The position numbers and the translations under genes are program-made. From the NCBI RefSeq assembly GCF_009834535.1, contig NC_045707.1:55244001-55308000 (forward strand): 64,000 nucleotides of DNA, written 5' to 3'. The notes beneath the pieces were generated by a model, which was not told the DNA's origin, ran no database searches, and saw only the letters and a program-made list of their open reading frames with translations. This DNA comes from Camelus ferus. Lineage: Eukaryota. Shown here in pieces: positions 1 through 13,044 of this stretch. Position 1 is the stretch's first letter. Each line of letters starts with the position of its first letter.

Positions 1-37
1 CAAATTTTTTAACATGTTTCTAACTGAAGGTAGTTTC

Positions 38-517
38 TGTGTTCCCTTCCTTTGATTCGTGGCTGATATAAATAACTCCCTTTTAACAAATAGAATATCG
101 TGGATGTGATGCTGCAGGACTTACGAAGCTGTGCTATAAATGGCATTGTTGATTCTGACTTGTTCGCTAAGACACTTCATTTTGGATCCTTGAGGCCACC
201 ATATACTGGAGAAGCCCAAGTCATGTGGAAAGGCCACATGTTGGTGCCTCTCTGAACCTTAGCTAAGTTTCTAGACAACTGCCAAAATCAACCCACAGAC
301 ATGTACAGATTCTGTTTGAGTCCAGCCATCAGCCATGGAGTCACCCCTACATGTCAAGTGGTTACAAACCTAGGTCTCAGGCATTATGCAACAAATAAAA
401 CAATTGTACCATGTTCTTTCTGAATTCTAAACCCACACAACCCATGAGTACATGAAAAGTTTATTTTAAGCCAGCAGTTTTGTGAGAATTTGTTATATAC
501 CAATAGTAATGCTAATA
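38..517 (+). mobile_element. MaLR solo LTR, MLT1 family (MLT1G/H-like), decayed
   Basis: MLT1 motifs: catgtggaaaggccacatg, ctgaattctaaacccaca, and 3' end ttttaagccagcagttttgtgagaatttgttatataccaatagtaatgctaata. Confidence 0.7.
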
Positions 518-1239
518 GGCTTGTAAATTTATATGTTTTATAAACTAAAAATTTGTAATGCTTTACCTTGAAGCTCTTGTGTAGCCTGGGTTTAGAGTTT
601 GTGCTACTACAAAGTGCAATTAATTTAGAATTTAATTTTGTATTTATTTATCAGCTAGACTCCTCCCAGGTCAAGTTGTGGCATACACTGCAACCACACC
701 TATTGGATGGCACACATGTAGTTACAAATCCTTAGAGGACACCTCAGCTGGAGCCCAAGAAAAAAACAATTTTTTGCTTTTTTATTTTTCTTGTTTGTAG
801 GTGGATATTTTAGCCAGTTTTTTCACTGAAGGTCAGTTTTACAGGTAGGAGTTTCATTTTTAAACATTGACCCTTCAGGGTCCCAATACAGAGTCCCTCT
901 TTCTGTACGGGCAGTAAGTCCCAATCCTCTAGGTTATAGATAAGCTCCCATTCATCCTCATATACCCACCGACTTAGGGAAGCTGTAACACCAGCCTCGG
1001 GATCGGATGCTTACCAAGTTTGTTTTGAACTCTTTCTTTGTAGAGAAAGATAAATTGTGTTTTCCTCTGTGAGATCTCAATTATGCGTGCTTGGTATAAT
1101 TTGTTGTGAATATCCATGTATTTATAGTAGAAGGTTTTTCTGGTTATCAATTCATGCATATTGCTATTTCACATTTTATTTTTTGTTATGAATGAAAAAT
1201 AGTACTATTCAAAAATATACGAAGTGAAACGATAAAAAG

Positions 1240-1720
1240 AATAGCAGGTATTAATTAATTAAAATCAACAAAGAATTAAAGAGAGTCAACAAATGGGAAG
1301 TTGTGTTTTTGAAAAGCGGACATAGTTTAACAAACTCTTACAAGAATTGTTGGGAAAAAAAACGGAAAAGGAACAGAAAAGTTATTAAGAAAGAAAAAAA
1401 GAGACTTATTTTTGTGAAAATAATATAGAAACAACCAATCATGGCAACAGTATGTAGTATATAATTTAAGTAGACAGAAATCAACAACAGGGAAAATTTA
1501 TAATGTATTATTTATTTTAAATGACCAAGATAAAAAACAAAATGATAATAAATTTGAGGCAGTGAGAAGGAAAGGGATGAAGATAAGGACATTCGAGATG
1601 TACGTAATGTTCTATTATCATTAGGCTGTTTGATGGATTCACAAGTATTCATAATATATTTTATATTAAATATTATACATATTCTGTTTTGTGTCTGAAA
1701 TATTTCATAATGAAATTTCT
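1240..1720 (+). mobile_element. Old L1 (L1M/L1ME-like) fragments
   Basis: A-rich ORF2-like stretch (gttgtgtttttgaaaag...aacaaactcttacaaga) and L1ME-type 3' end (gtaatgttctattatc...tgaaatatttcataat). Confidence 0.45.
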
Positions 1721-3324
1721 AAGGGATAATTTTCTTAAAGGGTAATAGCAGATTCCCTCAGTGAATCTATCTTAACTGTATGAATACATTTATAGTCAAT
1801 TCAGAATACATGATAGTTATATATCTTTTTAATTAGATACCTAGCTTGGAGGTAGAAGAAAATGTAAACGCTTAAAGGTTGTGATTACTTACATTGCAAA
1901 AAACAACTTGTATCTTGAATATTTTATCTATGACTGTTCCATCACACAACTTCTCTTCACTACAAAAGTTTTAATTAATTAAAGCAAAAACTTCCTCACT
2001 AAAACGTAAATCATATTTTTATTAGGACGGTTCATATAACAAATACTCAACAGCTAGCATTTTAGTATAAGATGAAATAACCTTATTTTAACATTTGATA
2101 TTAACATTATTTAATATTTCTCTGCTCTGTTTGCTCAGGCAATTTCCTATGTGGTTTCAGTGGTCATTTTTCATTGTTCTTTGCTTGTCTTAATAGTCCT
2201 AAAAGGGGTTATGACATATTCAGTAAATTTGTTCAGACCTTCAACTATTCAAATAATGGAAAATATGCTTTGTAAAGCATAGGCTTGTTAGTCTTTGATT
2301 CTTTTTATGGTTTAGACTGCTTTATGACTTTCTCTCAATAAAAACCATAAAATTAAAATGACCATGCAGGGGTTTATGAACCACCTCTGACCCAACGTGG
2401 TGAAGCTAATGGTAGCAAAATGGTTTCCTAAATCTACAAAAATACCTGAAGGGAACTATTTTACAATATATGGGCAGACAGGAGGTCTAGGAAATCCATT
2501 TTTTGGGAAACCCCTCATCTAGCAGTTACACATAGAAAGAAAGTGTCAGTGTCCACAAATTATATTTTAAATATTGCCGATGGATGCCAAATGACTTCTT
2601 AGCTATCATACCTTGGAGAGAAAGGCCTTGGCAAAAATTAAAGTGCAATTATTACAAAAATCATGAACATTAATAGTTACTAGATCATTACTCAACTTAC
2701 ATCTCTCACTGCACTTCTTTTCTAATAGTAGAGACAAAAAAATGAGTGATAAAAACATTGGATTGTTGAATTAAATGCCTCTCACCATTATTTCTTTCCT
2801 AAAAATAAAAATTATATTGTCTGAAGGATCTGAGTTTAGGGGAATGGAATTTATCTTCAAATTATTTTAACAAAATATTTTCTCTAAGCATCCTAATACA
2901 TTTAACTCTCTGCTGTACATATTTTTATACAAAGGTGTTGAAACTTATGTATATTGCTCAATATATAAAAGTAAACAACACTTGTGACTTGGAAGTTTTA
3001 CAGTCATTGGCTCTGTATTATCTTTTGAGGGAAGCTGAGATCAGAAGATTGAGGAAAAAAAAAGGGAATATGATATCACAATGAACTGAAGCAGCCACTG
3101 TATTTGAGTGCTGTCTACAATATGGCTTTCAAATATTTTATTATATTATTGTTAACTTGGTCTTTATATTATTTATTACCCTGGTCATTAGCAAGAAATC
3201 TCTGCCTATCAATGGCTTAAATGAATTGGGTTTTTGTTGTTTTGGTTTTTTTTTTTATTTTTATTACCTAACAAGAAGGAGTGGTGATGGTAATAGCTAA
3301 AACAGCTCAATAATCTTTCAGGTA

Positions 3325-3816
3325 CAGGCATACCTCGGAGATATTGTGGGTTCAACTCCAGATCACTGCAATAAAGTGAATATCACAATAAAGTGAGTCA
3401 CATGAATTTTTGGTTTCCTAGTGCATATAAAAGTTATGTTTACACTATATGGTAGTCTATTAAATGTACAATAATAGTATGATGTCTAAAAAAATGTGCA
3501 TACCTAAATTAAAAAATAGTTTATTGCTTAAAAAAATGCCATCATTGAACTTTCAGCCTGTCATAATGTTTTTGCAATAGTAATATCAAAGATCACTGAC
3601 TATATCAAATATAGTAATAATGAAAATTTGAAATATTGTGAGAATTAACAAAACGTGACACAGTCATGAAGTGAGCAAATATGCTTTTGGGAAAATGGAG
3701 CCCATAAACTTGCTCAACACAGGGTTGCCAAAAACCTTTAATTTGTAAAAAAAAAAAAAAAAAAGCAATATCTGTGAAATGCAATAAAGAGAGTTCAATA
3801 AAAGTAGGTATGCCTG
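3325..3816 (-). mobile_element. Tigger1-derived MITE (Tigger1a-like internal-deletion derivative), complete
   Basis: Terminal inverted repeats caggcatacct / aggtatgcctg, flanked by TA at 3323-3324 and 3817-3818; both Tigger1 ends recognisable, transposase absent. Confidence 0.9.
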
Positions 3817-3989
3817 TATTTTATTCTATTTTGTTTGTAACATCTAAATCAGGATCACAGATTATTATTTTTAGTCCTTTTTTTTAATATATGCTTTAAG
3901 TGTTATGAGATCCTATGGAAACTTTTTGTTTTAGCCTACAAAATTTGATATTATGTGTTAAATATCATATATAGTCTCACTGTAATACA

Positions 3990-4225
3990 TTAGAGGAGTG
4001 ATATTTTTATTTAGCACTTAGAAGATAGTCTTCTTTCTTCTGCCATCTATATTTTGCTGAGAAGTCAACTACCAGTCTAACTAATATTCTTTTGTAGGCA
4101 ATAGACTTTTTTTTTCTCTGAATACTCTTAAAATAGTCTTCTCGACTGTGATGCAATGAAGCTTCTATACAATTTGTTTTGCTTAAGATACGTTTGTTGG
4201 ACTTTATGAATCTGAGGCTTCATGG
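3990..4225 (-). mobile_element. Old L1 ORF1-region fragment
   Basis: Antisense ORF1 motif tttgctgagaagtcaactaccagtctaa (RL.ADFS-like on minus strand). Confidence 0.5.
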
Positions 4226-4269
4226 AAATACCATGACATCTTGCTTGAAGTCATCTTCACTCAAGAGGT

Positions 4270-4615
4270 TGTGGATTACTTTGGCCAGCTGCCTGTAGGA
4301 AGCCTCACTCACTTACATGTATGGTACTTGAGTGAGGAGACTTGAACAGTTGGAGACTGGAACAGCTGGAGTTCCTCAGTTAGCTCTCTATGGATGCATG
4401 TGTTTTCTCCAGTTTAGAAACTCCAGGGTACTCATGTTTTTTATATCACAGCTTAGAGCTCCAAATGCACTTGTCCTAAGAGAGAGGGCTAGGTGAAGTC
4501 TGTTGCCTTGTACGACCTCTCCTCAGAAGTCATGTAGCATTGACTGTCATGCTCTATGACATAAAGTTTAAGAGATATATCCAGGCTTAAGGAGAGGGAA
4601 GAGGATGCGAGACAG
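4270..4615 (-). mobile_element. MaLR LTR fragment (MLT1H-like)
   Basis: Antisense MLT1 motifs ctcactcacttacatgt, gactggaacagctgg, cctcagaagtcatgtagcat. Confidence 0.65.
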
Positions 4616-5019
4616 GATGTAAATCGGTGAGGCCAAATTCAGAAATTACAGTAGAAGACAAACCACAAGATAACATTTTGGAAAATTTCCTTGGCTATAG
4701 TTTATCTTGGAGAGTCAGGTCACACGGATATGAGCTCTGAACCCTCAAGAAAGATATTTATAATTTCAAATTTCCAGGGGAGTCTCATTTCAATTCTAGA
4801 CGAAGACATATAAATTTTGTTTGTGGGTTGGATTTTGTCACGGTGGTGTTGGGACAGTTTATCATTGCTGGTTAAGTTTATCATTTCAACAGACAGCTGT
4901 CCTCCTTTAGGTAGGGTTACCTATTTCAACCCCCAACCCTGCACTAATCAAATTATAGACTCTTTTTCATCCTTCCACACTGTTTAAAACCTAAACCTGA
5001 TAGATTTTACCCTTGAAGA

Positions 5020-5190
5020 ATAGTGGAGTAGTGACAAAAAGGGATCTTCTGGAGTTTTATAAATATTCTGTTTCTTGATATTGATTGATTAAACAGTTAC
5101 ATTCAATTTATGAAAACTGATGTGTACATTTATAATTTGTACACTTGTATGTGAATGCTATGATTCTATGCAGTTGAATGCAAAACAAAC
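5020..5190 (+). mobile_element. L1ME-type 3' end fragment
   Basis: ttctggag...aaatattctgtttcttgat...tgtacatttataatttgtacact, followed by an A-rich tail. Confidence 0.5.
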
Positions 5191-6144
5191 GAAAAAATGA
5201 ACAAAAAGCTATGGATAACTATAAATTCAAAAATGATTTCATAAAGCTTTCTTCTGTTTCAGCTTTTTAATCCTTTGTATATAGAGTATTTTCATTTTCT
5301 AATCTACTCTATTACTAAAAATGGATGAATGGAAGTATAAAATTTTTCATCCTGAATTATTTTGAAAATGTCATTGTTTTTAATTTACCCAAATCTGACA
5401 CCATTAAACTAGTACATTACCCCCATTAGAAGGAATAGAAAATTCAGAGAAACTTTGCTCATATCAAAGGACAAGCCAAACCACATTTTGGTTTAAACTA
5501 TCAATATTCATAAAGAATATTGTGTCCATGATAGAAGAAGGATTGTCATCACATTAAAATCAAAGGCTGGATCTCTTATTTTTAAAAATAAAGAGGAAAT
5601 TAGATCTCCCAAAAGAATAAGATGGAAAAGAAAGTTTAGCATTTCTATTTGTATAATTTACAAAATAATTTCAAAGAAAGTATTTAATTTTAGACTTATA
5701 CAAAAATCTGTGTTATTGATCTTATGACCACAGTTACCCTATTGGTGAAATATTTCCTACTACCTCTAGGTAAATACCTTGCATTGTCTCTGGCTTGATC
5801 TCTGGGATCTTATTTACATTAATATTTAATTACCATTGTTGTTAATTTCATACCAAACACATGTAGGACTTACATGTGGAGCTCTGAATCTACAGTCACT
5901 CTTGTAATCACTATATTTAACAGCATTGCACTGAAGGAGAAAGTTCATAACCCATTTGGCTTTACCAGGGGTGAGGCTGTTAGCCCTGCCCTAAATTGAC
6001 TTTCAACTCACCCCAGTTCAAACATTAGCACCTTGAAGGCCTCCCCCCAAATACAGGGAACGTTGTTTTGGTTCTTGAATTTTTATTACTCCTTTGGAAA
6101 TTCAGACTGCATGTAGGTGTTAGGGGAAAATTTTTAAACTTGGA

Positions 6145-6260
6145 TTTGTTTAACTAGTCAACAAATTTCTGAATTCCTCTTGTATGCCAGGTTCCACCCT
6201 AAGTTATAAATGTACAAAGATTGCTAAGACATAACCCCTTGCCTTCAAAGAACTCATGGG
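6145..6260 (-). mobile_element. L2 3' end fragment
   Basis: caacaaatttctgaattcctcttgtatgccagg...ccccttgccttcaaagaactca is the antisense L2 tail pattern. Confidence 0.5.
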
Positions 6261-6329
6261 ATTGTGTTTTTTTTTAATACAGGAACATTCAGAAAATAAA
6301 ACTGACAAAATACTTACTTAAAAAGACAT

Positions 6330-6822
6330 CCCCTGTACCTATAACTCTGTTTCTGTTTTGTTATACTTGTACATTTGTTTTGGTTTTTAGATCCTAAATA
6401 TAAGTGAAATCATACATTATTTACCACACAGTATTTGGTGGTCGCCAGAGGGGAGGAGGGTAGGGGGAGGAAAGAAATAGGTGAGGAAGATTAAGAGGTA
6501 CAAACTTCCAGTTGCAAAATAAGTGAGTCATGGGTATAAAATGTATGTGTGGAATATAGTCAGTGACTATGTAATATATTTATATGATGATATATCATAA
6601 CTAGACTTATCACGGTGATCATTTTGAAATGTATAGAAACAGCGGATCACTGTGTTGTGTAACAGGAACTAACATAGTGTTGTAGGTCAGTTATACTTCA
6701 AAAACAAAAAAACTCATAGAAAAAGAGATCAGATTTGTGGTCACCAGAGGTGGTAACCCCCAGAGGTGGGGGATGAGGGAAAGGGGAATTGACTTTTTTT
6801 TTTTTTTAATTAAAAAAAAAAA
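6330..6822 (+). mobile_element. 5'-truncated, 5'-inverted L1 3'UTR insertion (laurasiatherian type) with TSD
   Basis: Sense 3'UTR motifs (aagaggtacaaacttccagttg, aaactcatagaaaaagagatcagatttgtgg); antisense piece ~6330-6422; TSD aaaaagacat at 6320-6329 and 6818-6827. Confidence 0.85.
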
Positions 6823-7744
6823 GACATTCTCTTTTCTATCCATGACTCCTTTAGTCTTTTTCATTCTTCGAAAAGAATAAGAGACAATTAAACATAGGTG
6901 TAAATGTGTGTGTGGTGGTTGCGACTGCATGCGTTAATCTTTCTGGAATTCCGAGTTAGTATCATCCCCACTATTCAGTAAAGCATGCTATTTGTAGGCT
7001 TCTGTCATTGAAGACTTCTGCTTCAAGACAGGCGATGATGCGGAAAACCCAGCCCCTTTTCAGACCAGTGGATAATTCTAGGTAAAAACAAAATATAGTA
7101 GACATTGTGATCCCCAGGGAGAACTCAGCATATGCCCTATGTAAAGGCCAACATCAGTTGTAATCAATGTCTTACCCATACCCCCAAGCTCTGGCTTCTC
7201 TGCTTTTATACATGAGCAAGCCAGTCAGATCGCATTGGAAACTCTTTTTCTGAAATTCTTCTGCCAGGAGATCCACTGTCAGACAAACTGCAGTTGATAG
7301 TGATTGCTTTTAAATAGGATTCTTACATAATTTCAGATACATTTTGTGAATGATACCAAATGCTCTTATGCAATTGACAAGTTCAACCTTAGGTACATCA
7401 CTGACAAAATAGCTGAAGAAAACAGCTAAAATTTAAGTGGAAGAGAAATATGAATTTATTAAGATGAACATCTCATTAGTCACACACTTTGGAAATGTGT
7501 TTATTATAGATGCAGATTGCTCTTCAGATTCTCTACACTACATATCACTAACGTTTATATGTAAGAAATGCATTTTTATATTTATCTTTTCCTGAAAGAC
7601 AGAGAGTATAAGAGGCTATTCAGTATTTGTCAAAACAATTTGCACCCTACACTCTAGGCACCAAGCTGCATATGTTTCCTGAATCCGGCTCCAGCTCATC
7701 CTGGGCCTTCTGCCTGGAAACACATTCTCTCCCTGCAGCATCAA

Positions 7745-7753
7745 ACACACACA

Positions 7754-7811
<58 letters not shown>
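7745..7811. repeat. (CA)n microsatellite, about 32 units with one interruption
   Basis: Direct reading. Confidence 0.98.
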
Positions 7812-7812
<1 letters not shown>

Positions 7813-9965
7813 TTACACACAACATGATTTTTTCTGCCTTGTAAACTGTGATTCCTCATTCATTATCATAAGCATCTTGTAGTATGTTGGTTTGTTAATC
7901 TTTTAACTCCTTGCTTAGCAATGAACCTTGCATAGCAGGTGATCAATGAAGTAAATAAAGGAAGAAAGGAAGGACAGACGTAACCAATTTACAGAATATA
8001 TTCAGTAAAACGTGATAAGGATTCACAATATCACAGTATTTATTTCCCTTAAGTAACAAATTTGGGGATTCTGGACCACATAAACTCTAATAAGGGAACA
8101 AGAACATTTTCAATTATCACTAATTCATGAAGAATCCAAATATTGAAAACAATTCTAAACATGAAATAAAAGCAGTATGTGAAATCATCATAGTAGAGCA
8201 TAACTCAAATCTGATATCTGTTGTGGGAACCTACAGAGTATATGCATGTGTCTATGTTTTATATATGAGAGAGAAATAAGTGACACTATAGAGATTAAGG
8301 CTTAAGGTATGTTAACTTTCCACAAAGAATGAATTTCCAGCAATGATAAGACTCTATAAAATTTTTCTTGGCATGATGAAAGGACACTTATAATTTTAGA
8401 AGTCACAGCAGGAAAAAAGATCAGCAGTATAAGTGAACACATAAAATCAAGTTAAGCATTGCAAGGCACATGCACATGGCAGCTTTTTAGTTAAAAAAAT
8501 ATTAAAAATCTGGGCTTAAAGAAAAAATGACTTTTAAGCTTACAGTCAAAACTAAAAATACCATAGAGTTTATGAAATGTTTCCTTCTTTCATATGTGAA
8601 CTTAATGGTTATGAAAAAAAATATGTAGACTCTTTATGTTTAAAATTATATTTTTGGAAAAAGTCACGGTACCTTATTGACATATATAAGTGACTCATAC
8701 TATGTGTCATTAATATACATAATGTTTCACTATTGTTTAAAAAACAGAATTTGACTTCTCTTGTTTGTAATTTATTTATTGTTGTCAGTGTAAGAAAAAC
8801 CCCTGGGGAAAACAAATGAATTTTGGAGATTTGCTTTATGCTTTAAAGTTATCCCAGTTTTTTTTTTTTTTTTTTTTTCCTTCTCATCTACTTTTCTTTC
8901 TGAATCATGGTGTTTTTGAGATTCACATCTAATAGGAACTCGTTACTCTCTGATTTCCTTTATTTGTTTCCATATGCAGGGGTCCCCTGGGCCATGTAAA
9001 TTATTTTAAAAATACATCTAGAATGTTTCTATTGTTAATAGGTGCCCAGTGTCTCCAGATCCTACCTAAATCTATGTCATTTACATCTATTCTCCATGGA
9101 ACAAAATCATGTTTTTCTTCTCTTAAAAGAATATTACAGTTGTCCTCAAATGTGGCCTCAGTTGAACAGCTCTGGAGATTCAAGTGTCCCATGAATAAAA
9201 CCAAGGGATATATATGCTTATTATTCCCCGCTGGTTATTATAGACACAACATTTTAAGGTCAAATAGTTCCTGAAATGGAACATTTGGGAAAGACTCAAA
9301 TATTTCAGTGATGGAAAAATATTCAAATTAATTACATAACTGATAATGTGTTTCTCTGCAGCTTACTTTTTCATATGTCCTTGTTATTTAAATGTGCGAC
9401 CATTTGCTAAGATTTTATGAAAAGTGAAATGTTTTTATTCAAACCACATATTTTCTTTTGCACCTTAAAAAAACAACGAAACATCATCAAAAATAATAAA
9501 AGTAAAAGAAAAATACTGACATACACTGATGTTATACTGAAAGCTGGAAACTAGCCTATGAGCCTGTGTTACAGTATGGTACATCCTACATGAGAAACCA
9601 CTTGGTAAAGAAGAAAGCGGAGTAGCAGAGGGGTTTAGAGATGGAAGTCCCAGAGTCAACGGGCTGTACTGAAAACAGCCAAAGTTCATGGGACTTGGTG
9701 TCCCTGGATACTGGCCTGGACTCTGTGGTATCCAAAGTGCCATCATCAAGAAACAGATAAAGCAATAATCGGCTATATATCTTATCAAAACATCAATTTA
9801 TATATTGAGATCCATATTTTGTCTACACCAAGGTCTAACCTATTGAAACCTTTACTAGGAGATTGTGCCTGCTTCAGAAGCTAGTTCATCTACTCATCAT
9901 GTGGCTGATTCTCCATTTTTCATTCATAGTTTTGCAGATACTTGGAAGTATTTTAAAATATAATA

Positions 9966-10316
9966 TAGTCATCCCTCAGAATTCATGGAGTATTGTTTCC
10001 ATAACCCCCATGAATATCAAAATGTGTGGATGCTCAAGTCCCTAATATAAAATGCTATAATGTTTGCCTACAACCTACAACACATCCTCTAGTATACTTT
10101 AAATCACCTCTAGATTAGTTATACTACCTAATACATAGTAAATGCTATGTAAATATTTGTAAATACAATGTACATACTATGTAAAAATATGCCTGTGCAC
10201 ATCAAATTCAAGTTTTGAATTTTGGAACTTTCTGGAAATTTTTGTTTTTGAATCTTTTCCATCTGTAGTTGGTAGAAACCATAGGTGCTGGAGGCATGGA
10301 TACAGAGAGCTGACTG
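9966..10316 (+). mobile_element. MER2/MER2B Tigger-type MITE, complete
   Basis: ggatgctcaagtccctaatataaaatg, tactttaaatcacctctagatta; ends (c>t)agtcatccctc and gagagctgactg flanked by TA. Confidence 0.9.
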
Positions 10317-10689
10317 TAGAAGTGTATCGTACATAACCACACTGTAAAATGAAATGATGCCTCCGTTCTTCACACTTAGCGTTCAGCAAATTTTTTCTTG
10401 ACTCTTAGTCATTTGTTGGTGAAAACTCTTTTCACTTATTTACTTCATCTTTATCTTTTTTTCTCTCTTTATGGAATTAAAAAGGAAAAGCCAAACAAAG
10501 GAGAAAATAAATATTTGTGATACTTAACACTTGAATATGATTAGTTTTTTAATGTGTTTTCTTCAGGTCTTTTCCTTGGTACAAACATTACATTATAAGA
10601 TTAAAATGTTAAGGGAAAAAAAAACTTTATATTCTGCTTCTGGTGGCGGTGGAGTGGTGGCAGGGGAGGGTTGGTAAGCATATGGGCTT

Positions 10690-10895
10690 AGGGGCTCCAC
10701 TCCCGGCACTGAGACGTGGCTGAATTTTAGAAGCTGCAAAGCCTTATGTGACCTTGCTCGTAAAGCCTTATGTCTTCTTGATTGTAACATTGTGAGGATC
10801 AATGCATTATATTATATATGTGTGTGTGTGTGTAAGGTTGTTAGCACAGTAAGCACTCTAAATATGAAAATATGATAGCTATCATTATTATTATT
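10690..10895 (+). mobile_element. MIR SINE, decayed
   Basis: tgtgaccttg...ttgtgaggatcaatg...ttagcacagtaagcactc...agctatcattattatt. Confidence 0.45.
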
Positions 10896-11664
10896 TCCCT
10901 ATCATTACAACATATTTCTGCCATTAAATATTTGTTGAAAACACAGAGAAAACCTGCAGAATAATCTATCAAATGCTTAGATATACTTTATTAAGCAACC
11001 CTGACGTGCCTGTGTATAAAATTTAAATTGCATTTAGTTCATCATTATTTTAAATAATTTTACATTGATAGACTTGCATTCATCTTAATTATCACCTCAA
11101 GGTAAATTACTAAAAGTTACATCTGCTCATTTATTATCTATTCTATTTCACTTTTTCAGTTGGTCAGTTTTAGTATCAGAACTATAGTCTTTTAATTACT
11201 ACAGTGTTTTAAATGTTTTCAAAATACATATTCATCAGATTAGATTCTCTATCCTTATTTTCCAGATGTTTTTTGGGCATCTTCCCTTGAGGTTTTCCTA
11301 GTATGTTCTTACAATTATTTTACGTCCTCTGTATATAATCATCCTGATTTCTAACAATCTATATTTTCTCACTTCATTCTTTTTCATTATTTTTATCACT
11401 CAATTTGTTGAAAACATATTCATCGTTTGATGATCAGGAAGCAATATGCTACACATCTTATATGCTATTTTGATAATTTTTATGTTTATACAGACATATT
11501 ACTAAACTGTAATTATGTCTAGGGGACTTCTTGATGATTTTTATTTCATTGTGACCCGTTATAATAATTTTAATTTCAAATAGTGAGAAGTAGGAACTTA
11601 GCATTTTCCTGCAAAATGACTGATTTTCAGGAATAGTTTCAACGGGAGATACCTAGGTGTAACA

Positions 11665-12205
11665 TCCAGTCGTGTCTCACTGCATCCACTGCTACTCGCC
11701 GATCCAAGGCACTCCCAGTTCTGCCCTGAAGTAATGCTGGAGAATCCTGCTTCCAAACTTGCCCCTTTAGCAGCCATAGTGATTGTTTTAAAATACAAAA
11801 TTAGTTACCTATACCTCTGCTCAAATATTACTTTGGCCTCCCATTTCACTCTAAAATCCAAAATTATTGCTTAAGTCATCTAACTCCTATGCCCTTTTTG
11901 ACCTCATAATCTAGTATTCTTAATATTCTCCTCTAAGGCAGCCTTTCCGTTTGTGAAACAGGCAAAGAACTCTGTTTACTTGGAGACTTCATGCTAGTTT
12001 TTCATTGTCTGAAGTGTGAATCCCTCAAATATCCACATACTTCCTTCCTCACTTCCAAGTTTATACTCAGATGATAATCAAAGGCTAAAACTTTCCTTGT
12101 CCACCCAACATAAAGTAACACCCGTTTCACCATCATTCCATACATCCTTACCTGCCTTTATTTTAATCCATAACATTCATTACTATCTGACCACATTTGT
12201 TTCTA
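11665..12205 (+). mobile_element. L2a LINE 3' region, part 1
   Basis: gcagccatagtgattgttttaaaatacaaa, ctctgctcaaa...cccatttcactct, ccataacattcattactatctgac. Confidence 0.7.
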
Positions 12206-12649
12206 TTTTAACGCAAATTAAATATTCATTAAAGAATTTTGAAATCTACAAAATCGTACTCCAAAACAAAGATTCTTAGGGAAAAAATGTTAAGAGCAAA
12301 TACTCAAAATCTATATACATTTTTAACTAAAGCACTAACACAGATTATAATTATTATTAGAAAAATACCAAAAGTGTTCTAAAAGATATTTAGAACTCTG
12401 ACAAATAAAATGACTGTTAATAAAATGTTTTGCCATTAAAAGTGAAGGCACCTTTGATGTCAGGGGGTGTAAAAGAGACTCAAACCTCCAAATTATGGAC
12501 CAAAAAATGTACAAATATTCTGAAGAAATGAAAAATGAGTACTTTGACAAGAGTGAACATGGCCAAACTAAGGCAAAAGAAAGAAGATGACAGTTGGGAA
12601 TTCATGGCACATTGAACTTAGCTGCATTAATCTGTTTTTCATTTGTCCA

Positions 12650-13035
12650 CTTAGTTATTATTTCTTACTGCTGTTTCCATCCTTTCATAATCTCCTCAGT
12701 AATGCAGGTTCTGGGCCTCTGACAACTGCATTTCTCCTTTACTACCTGGCTTCCCCATACGTTCATCCTACAGGAAGCACTAAAAGAAGGCTTGAAGATA
12801 AGAGGAAAGAGAGTCCTTGCTTCTTGTTTGCTTGCTCATCCTTTCAGCATGAACCTAGCCAAGGCTGTTTACTGTAATAATGGCAGTGGTTTCATCTACC
12901 AGCTTCTTGTAGTGCTCACAGAACCAGCTCACTGAGCCCCTTGTGAGATGCCAGCACCTTTGGGACATCACTTTCTCAGTGGGCTCCATGGCACCTTTTC
13001 CCTGAGCTCCTGAGATTCTAGCAATAGCAGAACAT
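12650..13035 (+). mobile_element. ERVL LTR33-like LTR, partial
   Basis: caactgcatttctcctttactacctggcttcc...aggaagcacta...cttgcttcttgtttgctt resembles the LTR33 5' region. Confidence 0.6.
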
Positions 13036-13044
13036 GTTAGTAAA

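Noticed and set aside
2370..2522. Possible MER5-type hAT remnant
   Set aside because: Too decayed to support from the sequence alone.
7616..7859. VC/HT-repeat ORFs
   Set aside because: They are translations of the (CA)n microsatellite.
8980..8997. Acceptor followed by GSPGP, a collagen-like micro-exon
   Set aside because: The GT falls after 16 nt, not a multiple of 9 or 3, and no other Gly-X-Y exons occur in the window.
9465..9788. 107-aa minus-strand ORF in a moderately GC-rich patch
   Set aside because: No recognisable homology in any frame and no convincing splice sites or retrocopy hallmarks.
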